A stretch of DNA of 64,000 bases, taken from NCBI GenBank assembly GCA_013239625.1, contig MU053934.1, positions 6,342,399-6,406,398 on the forward strand. Reading direction: 5' to 3'. This DNA comes from Lama guanicoe. Taxonomy: Eukaryota. The position numbers and the translations under genes are program-made. The notes under the pieces are model-generated. The model saw only the letters and a program-made list of their open reading frames with translations, was not told where the DNA came from and ran no database searches. Shown piece by piece: positions 39,568-51,298 of this stretch; the stretch's first letter is position 1, and every line of letters begins with the position of its first letter.

Positions 39568-42345
39568 GCTGTTGTTTCATGGATGCTAACAGGTCAGAGA
39601 CATCTGAGTTTATTACAGCAAAAGCAGTTGCTTTGACTTGGTCATGTGGGTTTTGCTTATTCCCCAAGTCCCAGGGGGTGACACAGAAGGGCCCAGGCAG
39701 ATGCTGTGCATGCAGTGGATTTGCATCAAGTTGAAGAACACCAAGCTTGGGAAATTCACCACCTTTATAGTGAAGCAGAAGCAAACTTTGTTTGGGGACA
39801 GACATTATCCCTGCAAGCACAACTGAGATATGGCCCAGGTACAGAGTGGTCAGGTGTACCCAGCAAGAATGTGCAGGGACGCTTGGGGCCATAGAAGATC
39901 GCCTCCCCCACATTCTGTCCATCAGCCCTACATGTCTCGGCTTAACTCAGATTTCTGCATGAATATCCTATTCCATCTGATTAATCTAATTGGTGGAGAC
40001 TGGGACCAGATTTGTGGAGTTTGTCTCAGACTGCCATCAGTAGGACTGTAGGCATCAGGACAAGCCCACCGCAGTGCTGGTCTCAGCCACATACTCTAGG
40101 GTCCTGGCCTCAGCCAGCTGTGGTAAGTCCTGCGGGGGCCAGTGGGCCTTACGTTAGACAATCAGAATATGGTCTAAGGCCAATCTGTTACTCATTACCA
40201 CTTACACGAAAGTTTAGACTGATCTGCTGATCTTTGGTGTCATTGCCAGTGATTAAAGGGGCCAATAGATGGACCCAAGGCATCTGTCATCCCCAGTGGA
40301 GAGGCATTCCATGCCCGGTGTCTCCACATGTTACCACTTGATTTGGGTCACCATTACATTGTTTGGCAGAGCCCTGGGGGGAATGTTACTGCAGCATTGC
40401 AGCCTCAGTTCCCCACATGGCATAACCCAAGGCTGCTCGGGATCAGGAGAAGCAGATGGATTTGTATCTGTCAGATTGAAACAAGGTTGTACTGGTCTGT
40501 GTGTCTGCGCAGAGTTACTTCAGGAGCTGCCTGTGATGGCATCAGGCACAGCAGAATAGTTCAGAACTGACAGTGTCTATGTGAGTTTTCCTGTTGCATG
40601 GTTGAGAATGACACAACGAGCAGCTGGCCTGATTGTCAGCTGCAGCTGCCACTTGCTTGGACGGACCCTAGGATTGTTTTGCCAAGTGCTGGATCTAAGG
40701 GCACAAAGAAGATTCATTGTTCCATGCACCTTCTGGGATCTAGAGCATTCACTCCCCAGATTATTGCTACAAAATCAATGTGTCACATCCTATGACCTAT
40801 AATTTCACTTTTCTCCAGTTATTCCCTTCTGTGACCTAGGCTTTTTATCCAGAAGAGTTATATGTGAATGCGACAAGGTCATTTTTGCAAAATTTCCAGG
40901 TACACATTATGTCTCCCATCATGGACGTGAGTCACTATACTCAACTAAGGGGTCATTATTCTAATGCTTCCGGGCCATACTGTTCCCCAGGGACTCTGGG
41001 TAGTTGAACCAGAAATACAGAGTCCTCTGCTATGTTTCAGTTCATGACAATACACCATGGCGGGTTTATTGCCATATCTAGTACGATAATGCATGCAGGC
41101 AGCAATCCCAGTCAACTGGGCATTGTAGGCTCAGTCAGCATTTTGATTCTGGTTGGTCTCATCAGACAATCGGTCTTGCTATGGGCATCTAAATGAGTGA
41201 CCCAGACTGTTCAGTTGTCAACCACAATTTGTTTCCATAGATCATGACCCCAAAGAAGGATGGCCATCTTTGATCTGCCAGTTTGTAGCCTAGTCATCTG
41301 GCAGACCAGATGGCTAGGACACTGACAACAGTCAGTAAGAATATAACATGCCTGGTCATTAGGAATATCATCTAGGCAAGAGTGATGGCTTTTAATTGAT
41401 TGTTATCTTACTGACCTTTGTGGCAGTTGGTCTTCCAGCGTCATCACTGGGGCTGGATGGCTGCTGCTGCTGCCCACAGAAACCTGTGTCGAGGGTTCCC
41501 AGAACCACCCCTAGGTTGATGATTTGTTAGGAGGACTCACAGTGTGTAGTCGTATTCAGGGCCATGGTTTACACCGTGAAAGGATACACAGTAAAATTGA
41601 CCTCCTGGGGTGAAGTCTGAGGAAACCAGGCACAAATGTCCATGAGTCTCTCCCAGTGAAGTCACACAGGACACACTGTTCCCCCAGCAACGGGTTATTA
41701 AAACATGTATGCAAAGCTGTCTATCAGGGAAGCCCATTAAAGACTCAGTGCCCAGAGTTTTTATAGGCACCCTCTGCCTAGAACTTACCAAAATTCCAAA
41801 GTCCAGAAGGAAAGCAAGTGTTTAGCATAAACCACATTGTTTACAAAAACAGTTTAGGCACAGTGCGCCACTCTTATCAGTTAGGGTGGTGTGAGCCCTC
41901 CCAGAATCCAGGTTCCCAGATGCCAGCCAAGGGCCAACCGCGGAAGCAGGCCTTCCAAAGAACAGCAGTCAGCCCGGCTATGTTAAATTAACTCTTTTGC
42001 ACAGGACCATTAGCTCTTAATTTAGGTAAACAATCAGTGGACAGGCCTGAGTATTTAGGGGCACCTCTGTGGGCCCTGTTGAGCTAATGGCTTTGCTTCA
42101 GGTGGCAGAGTTGGGGATACAGTTTTCCACACTAGCATAGCTGTAAAACCAACCTTCATGTAAACCAAGATGTAAAAACAAACCTTCGTGTAAAACCAAG
42201 ATGACACATCATACAAGGTTACTTGCTGCAGTCACAACCCTGATAAATGAATGGCCCGGGTAGGAACAGTCAGGGCTGAGTTCTTGGTGTACCTGGCGAG
42301 AACATGCAGGGATGCCCAAGGCCATGGCAGTTTGCCTTTCCCAAT
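39568..42345 (-). mobile_element. Decayed ERVL (class III) provirus with LTR remnants and pol fragments
   Basis: Manual minus-strand translation of ~41175-41400 gives RNase H-like pieces (CYILTD, LAIWSAR, LWGHDLWKQI, TVWVTHLDAHSK). Related LTR-end sequence occurs at ~39855-39912 and ~42288-42345. Confidence 0.7.
41485..42002 (-). mobile_element. MER21-like LTR nested in the ERVL remnant
   Basis: TG...CA bounded, ~520 bp, with recalled MER21 motifs (aggactcacag, ctcccagtgaagtcacacaggacac, agactcagtgcccag, agcataaaccacattgtt). Confidence 0.75.
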
Positions 42346-44062
42346 GAGGGGGCACCTGTGGAGATAATTCTTTTTGCTATGGCACTCTCCTTGCCCTGCA
42401 AGTCATTAATGCCTCTCACACAGGAGTGGGGTGAGAGTATGGGCTACATGAGAGAATGGTTTCTAGGATAGATTTAGTTTAGCTTTATCATAATGTGCTA
42501 TGCTTAGAGATAACCATAGATGCAACATACTTCCTTACTTCTTATTGGCTGGGGACAGTCCCAAGATTTTACTCACTTTTTGGTATCTAGCATGGACCTG
42601 TTCAACAGCAATAGCCCAGGTTTGCTCAGCTCCCCTGGTACACTCCTTCTATACTGATGAGTGTTCCAAGAGTCCTCTCCTACTAATATACCCATCACTA
42701 ACTTGTATCAGGCTTTGCGCTGGCTACTGTCCCTGTCCAGAGGGAACTGGCCCTCTTCTCACTCTTCAGATGCTCACAGTCTTTTGTGAAAGACAGTTGG
42801 GAAACATAGTCCCAATCCAGCGTGATCACTGCCAGTGGAAGAGGGAAGCCCGATGAGCCAGGGGACCCATGAGAGGGAGTCTGCGGATATAGGTGGTGGA
42901 GGCTCTGGGATAAGTAAGAGTTGCCAGGTGGATCAGCTCAGGGAAGAACTTTCAGGCAGAGGGACTAACTTACACAAAGTCTCAGAGACATAGCACATGC
43001 ATTCATTCAACATTTAGTGAGTGTCTACTGAATCCCAGCCACTAGAGAAGCTCTCTAGCCCTACCCTCCTGGGAATGGCATTCTAGTTGGAGGAGATAGA
43101 CAGTCAATAAAAATACATATAATTTGGTAGGTGGTGACAAGGGCTGTGGAGAAAAAGGCAGAGGGATTTGGCAAGGTATTTCAGGAATTAGGTCGGGATG
43201 CAGTTGTTGTTTCATGTGACTTGGACACAGAAGGTCCTAACTGAAAAGGCCTGAAAGAAGCAAGGGAGCCAGCTCTGCCTCTAGGGGAAGAACATTTCAG
43301 GCTGAAGGATCAGCAAGTGCAAAGGCCCTGAGATAGAGCATATTTGGAGGGGTGGGGAGTGTGAGAAGGTGAGGTCAGAGTTGTAGGCCAGATCACAAGA
43401 CCCTTGCAGGTATTCTCAAGGGCTTTGGCATTTACTCCAAGACACATAGCAGGGTAAGGGACTATGATTTATCTCTTTTTAGGATCAGCCTGGCTGCTGT
43501 GTGGGGAGTAGTCTGGGGACCAGCGTGGAGACGGACACTGGTGAGGACCAGCTGCTGTGCTGGTCTAGGAGTTAATGGTGGCTTGAACCAGGTGACAACA
43601 GTAGGGCTGGTGAGAAATGGTGAGAATTTAGTTCTGTTTTGAAGGTAGAGTCAGTAAGATTTACTGAGGGAGCAGATGTGGACTGAGACAGATGGATGAC
43701 TCAGTGATTTTCGGCTTGAGCATGTAGAAGAATGGGACTATCATTTTCCAAAATGGGCAAACTGGTGGGACCAGGTTGAGGGCTGGCTCGGGTTCAAGGC
43801 CTTATTTCTAGACCTGATGGGTGTCTGAATGAAGATGTCAGGGAGGTAACTGGATATATGACTAGATTTTGGGGGAGACGTTGAAGCTAGAGCTATAAAT
43901 GTGAAAGTCATGCCCATGAGGAGGGTACTGATTATGTTGGTGGTGGGAGGGCAGGGCAGATAGAGCAGTGGTCTCAGGACTGAGGCCTGGGGTGTGCCTG
44001 AAGTTAGAGATGGGAGAATGATGAGGAACTAGCAAAGCACCCAGAGATGGATCAGGCGGTTT

Positions 44063-44182
44063 TTTGTTTTTAAATTTTCTTCCTTTTTTTTTTTTTTTAA
44101 ATGGAGATACTGGGGATTGAACCCAAGACCTTGTGCTTGCTAAGCATGTGCTCTACCACTGAGCTATACCCACCCACCCCCA
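44063..44182 (-). mobile_element. tRNA-Ala-derived SINE (Vic-1-like)
   Basis: Antisense head tggggattgaacccaagacc...ctctaccactgagctatacc. Imperfect TSD ggatcag.c.gttt at 44049-44062 and 44183-44196. Confidence 0.85.
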
Positions 44183-44484
44183 GGATCAGTCAGTTTGATA
44201 GTAGCAAACCCAAGAGAGAATAGTTTCCCAGAGGCCATGAGAAAAGTAACATGGAGGAGGGAGTGATCTGTTTGTCAAACGCTGCTTGAGAGTCAAGGGC
44301 AGTGAGACTGAGAATCAGCCACTGGATTTAGCAATATGGAGACAGGCCATCAGAGATCTCAATACAAGCTATTTTGGTGGTTTTGGTGGAGTGGTGGGGA
44401 CAGAAGACTGGGTTTCGAGAGAATGAGAGAAAGGGAAGAGGATATATCAAGTACAGGTGAACTCAGACTCTTTGAAGAATTTTT

Positions 44485-44759
44485 CTTTTTTCTTTCTTAT
44501 TTATTTATTTATTTATTTATTTTTTGCCTTTAAAAAAACATTGAAGTATAGTCAGTTTACCGTGTATCACTTTCTGGTGTATAGCATGTTTCAGTCATAC
44601 GTATCCATACGTGTATTCCTTTTCACATTCTTTTTTATGTTAGTTTCAGGTGTACAGCGTAGTGACTCAGTATTTTTACAGATTATGCTCCATTAAAAGT
44701 TATTACAGGATAATGGCTATAATTCCCTGGTCTATACAATATATCCTTGTTGCTTAACA
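44485..44759 (-). mobile_element. Two stacked short L1 3' tails
   Basis: L1 tail motifs occur twice, flanked by tgaagaattttt and tgaagagttttt. Confidence 0.7.
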
Positions 44760-46574
44760 TGAAGAGTTTTTTTTTTCAAGGGGAACAAACCAGCAGGAGA
44801 ATAGCTGGAGGAGGGTGTGGGTTCCAGGGGAAATTTAGTCAGGTGGGAGCGACTGTAGCACATTTGCATGTTGGTAGTATACACCCACTGGGGAGGAAGA
44901 ACGGGAAGATGGTGCAAGGGTAGGAGAGTTGCTAGAGCCTCATCCCTGGGGAAGAGAGGAGAGAGGGAAGGCCTGGTGCCCAGGGGAAGAGATGGCCTTG
45001 CCTGGAGGAGCAGTGTGGGCACAGAAGCAAATAGGGTGGTGGGTGTGACAGTGGGAGCTTGTGAAAGTTGTCTTCGGAGTATTTCTATTCTCTGTGAAAC
45101 AGGAAGCAAGCTCTTGGTCTTCGAGTGAGGAAGGGAGGAGTGATGGAGGCTCAGGAGAAGGTATGTCTAAAAGAGCAGGAGGGAGTGGGCCAGGCAAACA
45201 TCCTGAATTGCCAGGCAGCATGAAGGGCCTGCCCAAGGTTAGCATCAGGAATTTAAAGTAGGCGTCAGCCAGGCCTAGAGGGGAAGGGACCTAGGAAGGG
45301 AATAAGCAGTGTTTCTCTTCTGACCCAATTAGCTGAGGCTGGAGGGGCCAGGATCCTTCACTTGTCCTTCTCCAGCCAGAGCCAGAAAATAATGGGGTTC
45401 TCTGTGACCTGAGCGGTCTTCTGGCTCCTCGTTCCTCCCAAGAGGATCATAATTAACTCATAGGGATAGGAGGCAGAGTATGGTAGGGAAAGCACTGGGT
45501 TTGGGCAGGGAGGTGGGAGGCCTGGGGCCAGTCCCAGGTGGGCCTCCCACTTACTGTGTAACTTGGGCTGATCACTTACCCTCTGGGCTGAACTTTTCTG
45601 ACTTCACCTAATCTTCCAGCCTTGTGGTTCAATCTAACCCACAAGGTGGAGCTCCTAGTTTGTTTTAAATGTCTACCTTGATGAAACATTTATCAGACTT
45701 ACCCTATGAACAAATAAAATGGGCACATTTCACAACAGTTACCTGAGTTTTGGGTACTGTTGTATTTCATATTCTAACATGATTCATTTAAAAAAATATA
45801 TACTGAGTGCCGTCTATAAGCCAGCCAGGCCCTGCACTAGGGACTTGTGGCAGTGAGCAACACCTGACATGATCTGCCTGTCCTCGTGGAGAGTGGCATC
45901 CAATAGGGGTGACAGGCATGAAGCAGGTGATCACAAGGGGCAGGAGGTCACAGGGAGAAACACTGAGAAGAAAACAGAGGAGGCAGCGTCAGCTGGGAGT
46001 CAGGGCAGGTTCCTAAGGATGGTGACAGCTGAACTGGAGCTTATGTGGCAGAGAGAGTGGGGGCTGGGAGGAGCATTCTGGGCTTGGACCACAGCATGTG
46101 CAGAGGCCTGGAAGTGGGAGCAAAGGAATCCAAGAACCAGAAGTGAGGGAGGAGGAGAGGTGGGCAGGGTGGGCCTGCAGATTCAGCTGGGTGGAACTTT
46201 GTCCTGAGAGTAATGGAGAGTTGTGGAAGGGTTTACACAGGAGTGAGATTTATGTCTTGAAAAGATCTAACTGCAGTGAGGAGAATGGCGTAAAAGGGAC
46301 CAAAATGGGTGTGGAGAGAGGCTTGGAGGTGCCCAGAGTTATCAGGAGAGAGGTGGGGGTGGGAATGGCAGTAGTGATAGGATAGGAGAGATGGAGAGAA
46401 ATAGATGGGTTTGAGGCTTAGGGGTTAAAATGGGCCAGGCCCTGGCAAAAGGGCTGTGTGGATGGGGTGGTGGAGAGGATGCTTGGTCTCTGCTTTACTT
46501 GCCTAGACTGGGATGTGGGGCACTGCCGTTCATGAGGACAGGGACTCTGGAAGTGATGGAGTCATGCTGTTTGC

Positions 46575-46702
46575 CTTTTTTTAGGGGAGGAGGTAATTAG
46601 GTTTATTTATTTATTTATTTTTTAAGTGGAGGTATTGGAGATTGTACCCAGGACCTTGTGCATGCTAGGCAGGCACTCTACCACTGAGCTATCCTCTCCA
46701 CC
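46575..46702 (-). mobile_element. tRNA-Ala-derived SINE (Vic-1-like)
   Basis: Same family as 8934-9059, including the aggtaattaggtttatttattt tail. Confidence 0.85.
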
Positions 46703-47347
46703 CATGCCGAGTTTGGGACATGTTTGCACATCCTCGTGTGAGGTGTCAGGCATTTAGATAGGGAGATGCAAATTTGAGGGAGAATCTGACCAGAGAGGCA
46801 TAACAAAAGCCATGGATTTAGATGAGCTGGTCTGGAGAGTGGAGGAAGAAAAGCAGAGGGCCTGGGGATGGCCCCAGCTGAAGTCCTCCTCCCCAGCTCG
46901 CCTTGTGTTCCCATCTCCCCACTGGGCACCACCAGGCACCCACTATGGAAACCATGAACCTGGGCACCATCGTGTCTTCTTTCCACCTCTTTTTCAGGGT
47001 CTGCCAGTTTAACCTCTTTGTTAACTGTTGTTTTGAGCACTTATCCCCTTCACCATGAGTGGAGTCTGCTTATTGTTTCTCAGATGCCCCATGCAGGTTC
47101 ACACCTCAGCACCTGTCCCTCTGCCTGGAGTGTCCTTTTCCCTCACCCTGTTTGCTTGGCAGGCTCCTGCTTATCTTTCAAGACTCACTTGGCATTTTTC
47201 CCCAAGCCCATTTAACTATCTCCATGTCTGTGGGCTCCCCGAGGGCAAGGCCTGTGTCTAAATGACCTTCCTGTCCCCACAGCCCACAGCAGCCTGGCTC
47301 AGAGCAAACCCTTTAGACTTAATCAGACCATTCTGCTCTTCCCTCAG

Positions 47348-47473
47348 TTCATCTCCAGCACTGACCCTTTCCAGAAGGCCCTGAGAGAAGAGGAGAAACG
47401 CCGGAAGAAAGAGGAGAAGAGGAAAGAGATCCGAAAAGGCCCTCGGATCTCGAGATCCCAGTCTGAGTTATAG
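47348..47473 (+). CDS. CCDC134: CCDC134 terminal coding exon ([41 protein letters not shown])
   Basis: CTCAG acceptor and TAG stop. The six exons sum to 690 nt (229 aa) with a charged coiled coil and KDEL-like QSEL end. Confidence 0.96.
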   Translation, partial: FISSTDPFQKALREEEKRRKKEEKRKEIRKGPRISRSQSEL

Positions 47474-47909
47474 CCCTGGAGCAGCCCAAGGTTCAAGGGG
47501 CCAGTCAGGAGGAAGAGGAGAATGCTGTGGCATCAACTGGTGGTGAGAGCTGGCCACTGTGAGAGGAGAGGTCGAGTTTACTCGGCCCCTGAAGCCGGCT
47601 CTGAGCCCCAGCTGAAGGGACTAGGCTGAAGAGGGCTGGATTTCCTCCCAGGGATCTGTCTCGAGGGGTGCCAAGGGAGCTTTCAGAGGGCGCTATGCTG
47701 CAGACCTAACCCTGTGGAGATGTTGGAAGCAGGAGGGATCCTGGGCTGGACTCTCCTGGTGGGTTAGGACCACTGGCCAGCTAGCTGCTGCCCTGTGTGG
47801 GGAGGCAGCAGAACTGGGGTCTGAGCTGTGTGTGGCGGTGTCCTGCCTGCTGCCGGCCTCTGTGTGTTGCTGAGTTGCCCGCACAGGTTCTAGCCCCCTA
47901 CAGAGACAC

Positions 47910-47915
47910 AATAAA
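47910..47915 (+). terminator. CCDC134 proximal polyadenylation signal
   Basis: First AATAAA after the stop codon. Confidence 0.65.
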
Positions 47916-50900
47916 AGCCAGCAAACCCTCTGGGCTAACCGAGGCTGGTTTGGGCCGCAGGGAGCTGTGAGCCCCTTCATGGAGCAGGTCGGAGGGGCCT
48001 GGGTGGGGGGATCAGGGGCTCTCAGATGTACAGACCAGTTTAGAGGATGTTCCTTCCTCATCAGGATGAGCCTCAGGCCCTGGCAGTGAAGCAGGGACTT
48101 GGCTTTGGCCTCCTGTTTCCTTCTCAGTACTGTCCTTGACAACGGGTCAGTGTTGGGAAGGGACCAAGGTTTCCTGGGAGAGTATTTAGCCCAAGACAGC
48201 CATGGAGCAACATAATCTCTGTCCTCAGATATCCAGGGACAGTCATTGAGCAGGTGCAGGAAGAATTGACTTGTTCTCTCTGGCAGTGCTGGGCGACCCT
48301 CAGTCTGTGGGTAGGGGCTGTTCAGGGACAGGCTGCAGTTCTGCAGAAGGCTGTGTTTTGTGATGGTAGGGCTGCCCTCAGCTGGACTGGTCAGACAGCA
48401 AGCTCCCTGTGTCAGGAGGTGTGCAACCCACGACCAGGGCAGTGGGCAGCTGCCCTTTAGTCATGTCCCTCCCAGGCACAGAGGGAGGAGCTCTAGTAGG
48501 AATTCTAGCTCTGTCTCTTTGACTTTGCCAATCAGGGTCTGCCTCTGAAAAGGGGAGACATGCAACTATCCCCAGCCCCCCACCACTGACAGAGCCCAAG
48601 GGAGACCTAGAGTCTTATCTCAGCCCATCAGACTTGCTGAGTGGCTCTGGCCCACCCCTTCCCTGTGCTGTGGCTTCATTGGCATAATGAATTTGATGAT
48701 GTCTGAACCCCTCTGCTAAGCCCTAAACTGTTTCTCTGAGGTTGGGCCTGGCTTCTCAGTGACAAGTGCCCTTCTCTGGTGGTTCTTTGTTCATCCTATA
48801 TATTTGCTGGGCACCCCCTGTATGCACAGCGAAGAGAGGGGCCTGATCTTACTTGTCTTCATCTCTGCCCCATCTAGCGCCTCTGTCCTCCTGGGTTCTT
48901 CCTTCTACACCTACACCTCTCTCCATCTTGATCCCTTCCTTTCACCCTTAAATCGGTGTAAACTTAAAAGTTTTCCCATCTGACACCTTCAAAGATACAA
49001 ACAGAACCACTCTGCTCTCCTCCCAGGGCAGGTCCAGCTGGGCGCCGTGGGAACAGCTGCAGAGTGGGAGGCACTGTGCCCACTTTCCTGCTCTCCTGGT
49101 ACTCAACCCTATAGAGGGTTACTGAGACTCTGGGGTGGGAAGACATTAGACCCAAGTGAAAGTGAGCCATATGGTATGCCAGCAGATAGTCACCCCCACA
49201 GTGAGGGGGGCCCTGGGAGAGCCCCTGAATGGTGCTGTTGAAGGTGGCACTGTCCAGCTCAGTGCCTGGTCCAGAGCAGGGCAGTAGGGTTTGGCTTTTT
49301 GTTTCAGGGTGAGACTAGTATAATCTATAGCTACTCCCCTGCATGTAAACAAGAAGACATTCTTGTCTTTTTTTCCCTCAAAATAAGGTACTTTATTTAT
49401 TGTGTTATACATCTTCACTATAAACGTATTTAAACAATACTGAAATACCAGGAAGAAAGGAAAATTCATCCTAAATCCCACCACTCCCATAACCATAACT
49501 TGACACTCAGCTGTTCCATCCTTTTTGTCCTTCGTGTGACACACAGATCCCTATTTTTTCAATTACAATAGCTACCTTGTACTAACTGTGCATCAGGCCT
49601 TATGCCAAGTGTTGGCTTGCATCAGCTCCTGCCTCGGCCTTTGTGTCGTCTGTTCTGCTGGCTATACAAGACACAGTTCTCACCTGATAATTTTAGGTTT
49701 CATCTTGAATATCAATGTCTGATTTCTTCACCGGACTGGAAGCTCTTAGAGGGCAGGAACTCTTTCCCTGCCACAGAGATATTCAATAAATACTGTCAAA
49801 TAAATGTGCAAATGACCTCTCAATCTTCACAACTATGAGGGGCACTATTCCCCCCATTTTAGAGGTAAGAAGACTGTGGTTCAGACCAGTTACTCAACCA
49901 GCAGAGTCACACCGTGCCTAAGTGGATCCACATGTCTGCTTCCACACAGCCTGTGAACATTTAAGTCTTGACTACCAAGCAACAGCTGCCTCTCACAGAC
50001 TAGAAGAAAACACTTTCCCTTTTAACAATATAATTGTGAAATTGTTTGCCAACAGATACACATTTCTGTATGTAATGTTTAATGCCATGGTATTTCATTG
50101 TGTGGAGGTAATTTATTCATTGGGTCCTTATTTGGCTTCCCAGTTTTTCCCAGTGACACTGGACTTTGTGATGAACGTTTTTAAACACCATACTTGCGTA
50201 CTTCTCTAAGCACTTGTACTTTTTTCATTCCTTAGTGTATATTCCTATAAACTTGCACATTTGTTTACATCGTGACCAGCTGCAAGACGGGGAAGTGAGG
50301 TGATTGAAGGAGTGGGACTCCGTGTGTGGGTTGCACCTCGGAATCCCTGCGGAACTTTGTTAAAATGCTCAGGAGGCCTGTGGTGGTTCTGGGCACTGAC
50401 ATTTTAAAGGACTGCAGGAGATTCTGAGGTACCGGGCTCAGGCCGTTGGCGTAAGCATGTGGTCGCGGCAGGTGCAAAGGCGCAGAGATTGTAAAATACG
50501 CTCTGCACTTAGGCAATTCGCGAGCCTTCGTAGCCGCCTTTGTAACGGAGTTGGGATGAACGCGACTGGAACGATTTCCAGACTCCAGGCCCCAGTGTTA
50601 GGGGTCCAGATTTGATTCCACCGGCTCTCCCATGTGGGCTGGACGGGGTTCAGGGGAGGGAAACAGCTGGGAAGATGACGTAATGTGCTCTCGGCTGGCT
50701 TTGGGGTCGCCCAGCGGGCGGGAGTGGAACATATTAACCCTTCCACCCCCAGCGGGTGGATGGAGTAGCTTGTGGATTCGAACCAACAGAAAAGGGAGAG
50801 GCTCCTTTAAACAAGGGGAAGGAGGTGGGGCTGAGGGCTCGGAGGCGTCTCTCCGCATTCGCTAAGAGGCCACCAGGGGCAGGGCCTCGTTATGCAAATC

Positions 50901-50924
50901 TGAGCTGCTGATCGTTGACGCGCC

Positions 50925-50934
50925 ATCACCCCAC
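50925..50934 (+). promoter_or_regulatory. SREBF2: Sterol regulatory element SRE-1 (ATCACCCCAC)
   Basis: Exact LDLR-type SRE-1, 18 bp from an NF-Y site. This is the known SREBP-2 autoregulatory arrangement. Confidence 0.93.
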
Positions 50935-51210
50935 GCGCCGCTTCGCGCGCGGATTGGCCGTGACCAGCCTGGTCCCATTGACAACAAACAAGGGGGTGCG
51001 CGGTCTGGGGGCGGGGCCACAGAGGGCGCGGGTTGGGGCGGGGGAATCCCGCCCCGCCCCTCCCGCACGGCGCAAACATGGCGGCGGCTGGCACCGGCCG
51101 GTGAGGCGGTACCGGGCCGGGGCTGTTGGGTGTCATGGGCGGTGACGGCGGCACCACCCCCGCGTCTCCCTGAGCGGGACGGCAGGGGGTCTTCTGTGCC
51201 AAGCCGGGCG

Positions 51211-51298
51211 ATGGACGAGAGCAGCGAGCTGGGCGGTCTGGAGACCATGGAGACGCTCACGGAGCTGGGCGACGAGCTGACCCTGGGGGACATCGACG
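51211..51298 (+). CDS. SREBF2: SREBF2 exon 1 coding part (MDESSELGGLETMETLTELGDELTLGDID), acidic transactivation domain
   Basis: Recognisable SREBP-2 N-terminus, GCGATGG start context, G|GTGAGT donor. Intron 1 runs beyond the window. Confidence 0.97.

Larger units (their letters stand above)
42990..46880 (-). mobile_element. Region dominated by ancient LINE-2 fragments with younger insertions
   Basis: L2 3'-end motif cattcattcaacattt and purine-rich L2 text (agcaagtgcaaaggccctgag, ttttgaaggtagag). Confidence 0.6.
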
